From Candidatus Aceula meridiana (GTDB lineage: Bacteria; Omnitrophota; Gorgyraeia; Zapsychrales; Aceulaceae): a stretch of 64,000 nucleotides of DNA. Within the stretch, counting starts at the first letter, position 1, and the number at the start of each line of letters is the position of its first letter. The notes beneath the pieces are model-generated. The model saw only the letters and a program-made list of their open reading frames with translations. It was not told the DNA's origin and did not search any database. Below are positions 60,674-64,000 of this stretch, piece by piece. Both the position numbers and the translations under genes were made by a program. Location: the NCBI GenBank assembly GCA_030765185.1, contig JAVCDE010000003.1:64038-128037 (forward strand), in the 5' to 3' direction.

Positions 60674-61213
60674 ATGTCAAGAGTCGGAAAAAAAATTATA
60701 GAAATTCCAAAAGGCGTTAAAATAACGCTTAACAATGGAGCTGTTTTGGTTGAAGGCCCTAAAGGCAAATTAGACCTAGCTGTTCCATTTGGAATTACCG
60801 TTGAGAATAAAGAAGAGAAGTTGTTGATTAATCGTGTTTCTGAGGCAAAGCAAAATCGTGCTAATCATGGAACAGTGCGTGCTCGTCTTGCCAACATGAT
60901 CTTAGGCGTTACCGAAGGTCACAAGAAAAAATTAGAAATTCAGGGGATTGGTTTTCGTGCTCAGGTTCAAGGGCAAAAGATTATTTTAAACCTTGGTTTT
61001 AGCCATCCTGTGGAGTTCGAAGTTCCGCAAGAGATTATTGCCAAAGCCTTGACCCCAACAGAGTTAGAATTTGAAAGCATCGACAACGTAATTCTTGGTA
61101 ATGTTGTTGCGAAGATACGTAAGATTAAGCCGCCGGAACCTTATAAAGGGAAAGGCATCCGTTATTCTGGAGAAATTGTTAAACGTAAACAAGGAAAATC
61201 TGTCACCAAGTAA
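60674..61213 (+). CDS. rplF: 50S ribosomal protein L6
   Basis: MSRVGK (ATG 60674), GPKG, LGFSHPV, PPEPYKGKGIRY. Confidence 0.98.
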   Translation: MSRVGKKIIEIPKGVKITLNNGAVLVEGPKGKLDLAVPFGITVENKEEKLLINRVSEAKQNRANHGTVRARLANMILGVTEGHKKKLEIQGIGFRAQVQGQKIILNLGFSHPVEFEVPQEIIAKALTPTELEFESIDNVILGNVVAKIRKIKPPEPYKGKGIRYSGEIVKRKQGKSVTK

Positions 61214-61218
61214 ATCTA

Positions 61219-61581
61219 ATGCGAAAAACTAAAGAACAAAAACGTATTCTTCGTCACAAAAGAATTCGAAAAACAGTTAAGGGGACAGGCGAGCAACCCC
61301 GCGTCTGTGTTCATCGAAGTCTTAAGAATATATCGGCTTCTTTGATTGACGATGTGGCTTGCAGAACTTTATTTACTTTATCTACTTTAGATAAGACATT
61401 GAAGACAAAAATAAAAAGTGGAGGCAATGTTGATGCAGCTTCCACTTTAGGCGAAGCTTTTGCCATTAAGGCACAAGAAAAAGGAATCAAAAAAGCATGT
61501 TTTGACCGTGGCGGCTATATTTATCATGGCCGAGTTAAGGCTTTTGCCGAAGCGGTCAGAAAAGGCGGATTAGAATTTTAA
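61219..61581 (+). CDS. rplR: 50S ribosomal protein L18
   Basis: RH.RIR, PR..VHRS, FDRGGYIYHGRV. Confidence 0.98.
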   Translation: MRKTKEQKRILRHKRIRKTVKGTGEQPRVCVHRSLKNISASLIDDVACRTLFTLSTLDKTLKTKIKSGGNVDAASTLGEAFAIKAQEKGIKKACFDRGGYIYHGRVKAFAEAVRKGGLEF

Positions 61582-61582
61582 T

Positions 61583-62419
61583 ATGAGCGAAGAACAAGAA
61601 AAGCAAAAAGAACAAGAAGAATCTCAGCAACCTGAGCAACGATCTCAAGAGCAGGTGGTACAGCCTGAAGCACAGACTGCACAGGTTCCAAATGCACAGA
61701 TTCCAGATGCTGGCAAAATAGAGGAAAGCCAAGCGGCTGCCCCTTCTGCTGAAGCAAAGGTTGATCCAAAAGATTCTGCGCAGGAAACTCCCGCAGCTCC
61801 AGCAGCTCCTAGCTATAAGAAAAAGCGACGCCCGAACAAACCGTCTTTTCCTCGCAAGAGAGAAGATGATTCTGGTTTTATTGAAAAAGTTATTTCGATT
61901 AACCGCATTACAAAGGTTACTAAGGGGGGTAAAAAACTTTCTTTTAGCGCTCTTGTTGTCGTAGGAGACGGAAAGGGCAATGTTGGTTATTGTCTAGATA
62001 AGGCTCCTGAGGTTGCAACAGCGATTCAGAAATCTTTACGTATCGCCAAAAAGAATATGTTTAAAGTTATTGTCCGCAAAGGAACGATTTCTCATGAAAT
62101 TATCGGCCGATGCGGAGGCGCAACTGTTTTGTTGAAACCTGCTTCAGAGGGAACAGGTGTCATTGCGGCAGGGCCGGTTCGCGCAATATGCGATGCATCA
62201 GGAATTCGTAACATTTTGACAAAATGCCATCGTTCAAACAATCCCATCAATGTTATCAAAGCTACGGTTGATGGCTTAAATCGTTTAAAACCTTTTAAAG
62301 ATCAAGACAAAGAAGAAGTAAAAGAAGCAGTGCCAGAAACAGCGCCAGAAGCAGCGCCAGAAGAAGCAACGCGAGAGGCAACAAAAGACATCGGGGAGAA
62401 TCCAAGTGCTACTGCATGA
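61583..62419 (+). CDS. rpsE: 30S ribosomal protein S5 with long N- and C-terminal low-complexity extensions
   Basis: Core INRITKVTKGG, ALVVVGDG, PASEGTGVIA, NPINVIKAT; about 95-aa N-terminal and about 40-aa C-terminal extensions. Confidence 0.96.
   Translation: MSEEQEKQKEQEESQQPEQRSQEQVVQPEAQTAQVPNAQIPDAGKIEESQAAAPSAEAKVDPKDSAQETPAAPAAPSYKKKRRPNKPSFPRKREDDSGFIEKVISINRITKVTKGGKKLSFSALVVVGDGKGNVGYCLDKAPEVATAIQKSLRIAKKNMFKVIVRKGTISHEIIGRCGGATVLLKPASEGTGVIAAGPVRAICDASGIRNILTKCHRSNNPINVIKATVDGLNRLKPFKDQDKEEVKEAVPETAPEAAPEEATREATKDIGENPSATA
62324..62386 (+). repeat. degenerate 12-nt tandem repeat in the S5 tail
   Basis: gaagcagtgcca gaaacagcgcca gaagcagcgcca (gaa) gaagcaacgcga gaggcaacaaaa. Confidence 0.7.
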
Positions 62420-62855
62420 CATAAAGCGACCTAAGGGGGCGCGTAAAAAGAAAAGAATCATCGGACGCGGACAAGGTTCCGGACGAGGAAAAACATCCGG
62501 GCGAGGAATGAACGGACAAAAGTCTCGCGAAGGACGCGCGGTTATTCATGGGTCAGAAGGTGGACAGATGCCTTTGATTCGACGTTTGCCAAAATTTGGT
62601 TTTCGCCCTAGACATCGCACACTTTATCAGCTAGTTAATCTAGCTCAATTATCGAAACTCAAAGAAGGAAGCGATGTTAATTTAGAATTTTTAAAGAATC
62701 AGGGATTAATTAAGAGTATTTACAAACCTGTAAAAATTCTAGGCGTTGGCGAAATAAAGAAATCTTTAAGTGTTCATGTACATAGTTTTTCCAAAAGCGC
62801 TCAGGAAAAAATTATTAAGGCCGGCGGAAAAGCAGAAGTTATTCAGAAACAATAA
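62406..62855 (+). CDS. rplO: 50S ribosomal protein L15
   Basis: GRGQGSGRGKTSGRG..GQKSR, EGGQMPLIRRLPKFGF, VKILG; GTG start. Confidence 0.97.
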   Translation: MLLHDIKRPKGARKKKRIIGRGQGSGRGKTSGRGMNGQKSREGRAVIHGSEGGQMPLIRRLPKFGFRPRHRTLYQLVNLAQLSKLKEGSDVNLEFLKNQGLIKSIYKPVKILGVGEIKKSLSVHVHSFSKSAQEKIIKAGGKAEVIQKQ

Positions 62856-62867
62856 TCGAAAAAATTT

Positions 62868-64000
62868 ATGATAGCTGCATTTGCAAATTGTTTTAAAATT
62901 CCTGACTTAAAAAAGAAAATTCTTTTTACGTTAGGTATTATTGCTCTTTATCGTTTAGGATGCCATATTCCTACGCCAGGTGTTAACGGTGCGGTTTTGG
63001 CAGAATTCTTTCGACGTATTAATGAATCTTCAGGTGGCGGAACAATCTTTGGCATGATGAATATGTTTTCCGGTGGTGCGCTTCAGCGCATGACAGTTTT
63101 TTCTTTAGGGATTATGCCGTATATTTCAAGTTCGATTATTATGCAACTTTTGACGGCTGTTATTCCGGCGTTTGAGAAATTATCCAAAGAGGGGCAAGCC
63201 GGTCATCGCAAGATTAATCAGTACACACGCTACGGCACGTTGGGATTGGCAATAGTCCAGTCATATTTTATTGCTCTTTGGCTTGAAAGCCCTCAGGCTT
63301 TTCAGGGATTACAGGTTGTGAATAGCCCAGGCTGGGGTTTTCGCCTCACAACGGTTTGCACATTGGGATGCGGAACACTTTTGTTGATGTGGCTTGGTGA
63401 GCAGATTCAAGAAAGAGGGATAGGCCAGGGGATTTCTTTAATTATCGCAGCAGGTATTTTGTCACGAGCTCCGAATGCTATCCAAACGTTAATTGTCCTT
63501 TTATCGCCAAAAACAGCATCAATGAGGCAAATTCAACCGCTTACGCTAGTCATTATGGTGTTCTTTCTCATAGGAGTTATTCTTTCGATTACAATGATCA
63601 CACAAGGGCAGCGGCGGATTCCTGTCCAGTATGCCCGAAGAATCGTTGGGCGAAAAGTTTATGGCGGACAGAGTACATATATTCCTCTTAAAGTTGACAC
63701 GGCCGGAATTATTGCTATTATTTTTGCGCAGTCGATATTATTGTTTCCTGCGACTATTGCGAGTTTTATTCCAAATCCAGGGATACAAACTTTTGCAAAT
63801 TTCTTTATGCGTGGCCATGCCGCTTATTATATTTTGTACGGAATCCTTATTATCTTTTTCTGCTATTTTTATACGGCTATTGTATTTAATCCGGTTGACG
63901 TTGCAGAAAACATGAAAAAGCATGGTGGCTTTATTCCCGGCGTTAGACCTGGAGCTCCAACGGCAGACTTTTTAGATTTTGTTATGACGCGCATTACATT
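62868..64000 (+). CDS. secY: preprotein translocase subunit SecY (3'-truncated by window)
   Basis: MIAAFANCFKIPDLKKKILFTL..YRLGCHIPTPG, LGIMPYIS, WLGEQI, FIPGVRPG; not in the ORF track because it has no stop inside the window. Confidence 0.97.
   Translation, partial: MIAAFANCFKIPDLKKKILFTLGIIALYRLGCHIPTPGVNGAVLAEFFRRINESSGGGTIFGMMNMFSGGALQRMTVFSLGIMPYISSSIIMQLLTAVIPAFEKLSKEGQAGHRKINQYTRYGTLGLAIVQSYFIALWLESPQAFQGLQVVNSPGWGFRLTTVCTLGCGTLLLMWLGEQIQERGIGQGISLIIAAGILSRAPNAIQTLIVLLSPKTASMRQIQPLTLVIMVFFLIGVILSITMITQGQRRIPVQYARRIVGRKVYGGQSTYIPLKVDTAGIIAIIFAQSILLFPATIASFIPNPGIQTFANFFMRGHAAYYILYGILIIFFCYFYTAIVFNPVDVAENMKKHGGFIPGVRPGAPTADFLDFVMTRIT

Noticed and set aside
436-63923. Many short minus-strand and alternate-frame ORFs in the ORF track
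   Set aside because: Nearly all overlap well-supported + strand genes and show no recognisable motifs; treated as shadow ORFs

Overview
Core-genome window from an AT-rich diderm bacterium using the standard code, with every supported gene on the + strand. The gene order and the lack of rpmD suggest the PVC superphylum, possibly Ca. Omnitrophota; this is inference only. Contents in order: yggS-proC-mtnP-ileS-dksA-like-lspA-lgt-rluD; a membrane-anchored coiled-coil protein and aroA; mreBCD-mrdA-rodA; a type IVa pilus locus (stand-alone MshEN protein, two PilB ATPases, PilC, an exported coiled-coil protein, two pilins, PilMNOPQ); rng-rplU-obgE-proBA-nadD-phosphohexomutase-plsC-double-receiver protein; rpsA and tyrS; then a compact superoperon from tRNA-Thr/rpmG/tRNA-Trp through secE-nusG-rplKAJL-rpoBC and the str, S10 and spc clusters into secY (truncated). 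No mobile element, CRISPR array or rRNA was seen. The most unusual region is the pilus locus. It has (i) a ~140-nt nested multi-helix 5' leader on pilin 1 whose closing helix competes with an SD-sequestering hairpin; (ii) two pilins sharing a perfectly identical 99-nt 5' block but diverged elsewhere; and (iii) an MshEN-type domain encoded as a separate protein beside two PilB paralogues with degenerate MshEN motifs. Also notable: rpmA is missing between rplU and an ObgE with altered loops, several ribosomal proteins carry repeat-derived acidic extensions, and yggS and tyrS may be leaderless. All structures and alignments were worked out by eye.
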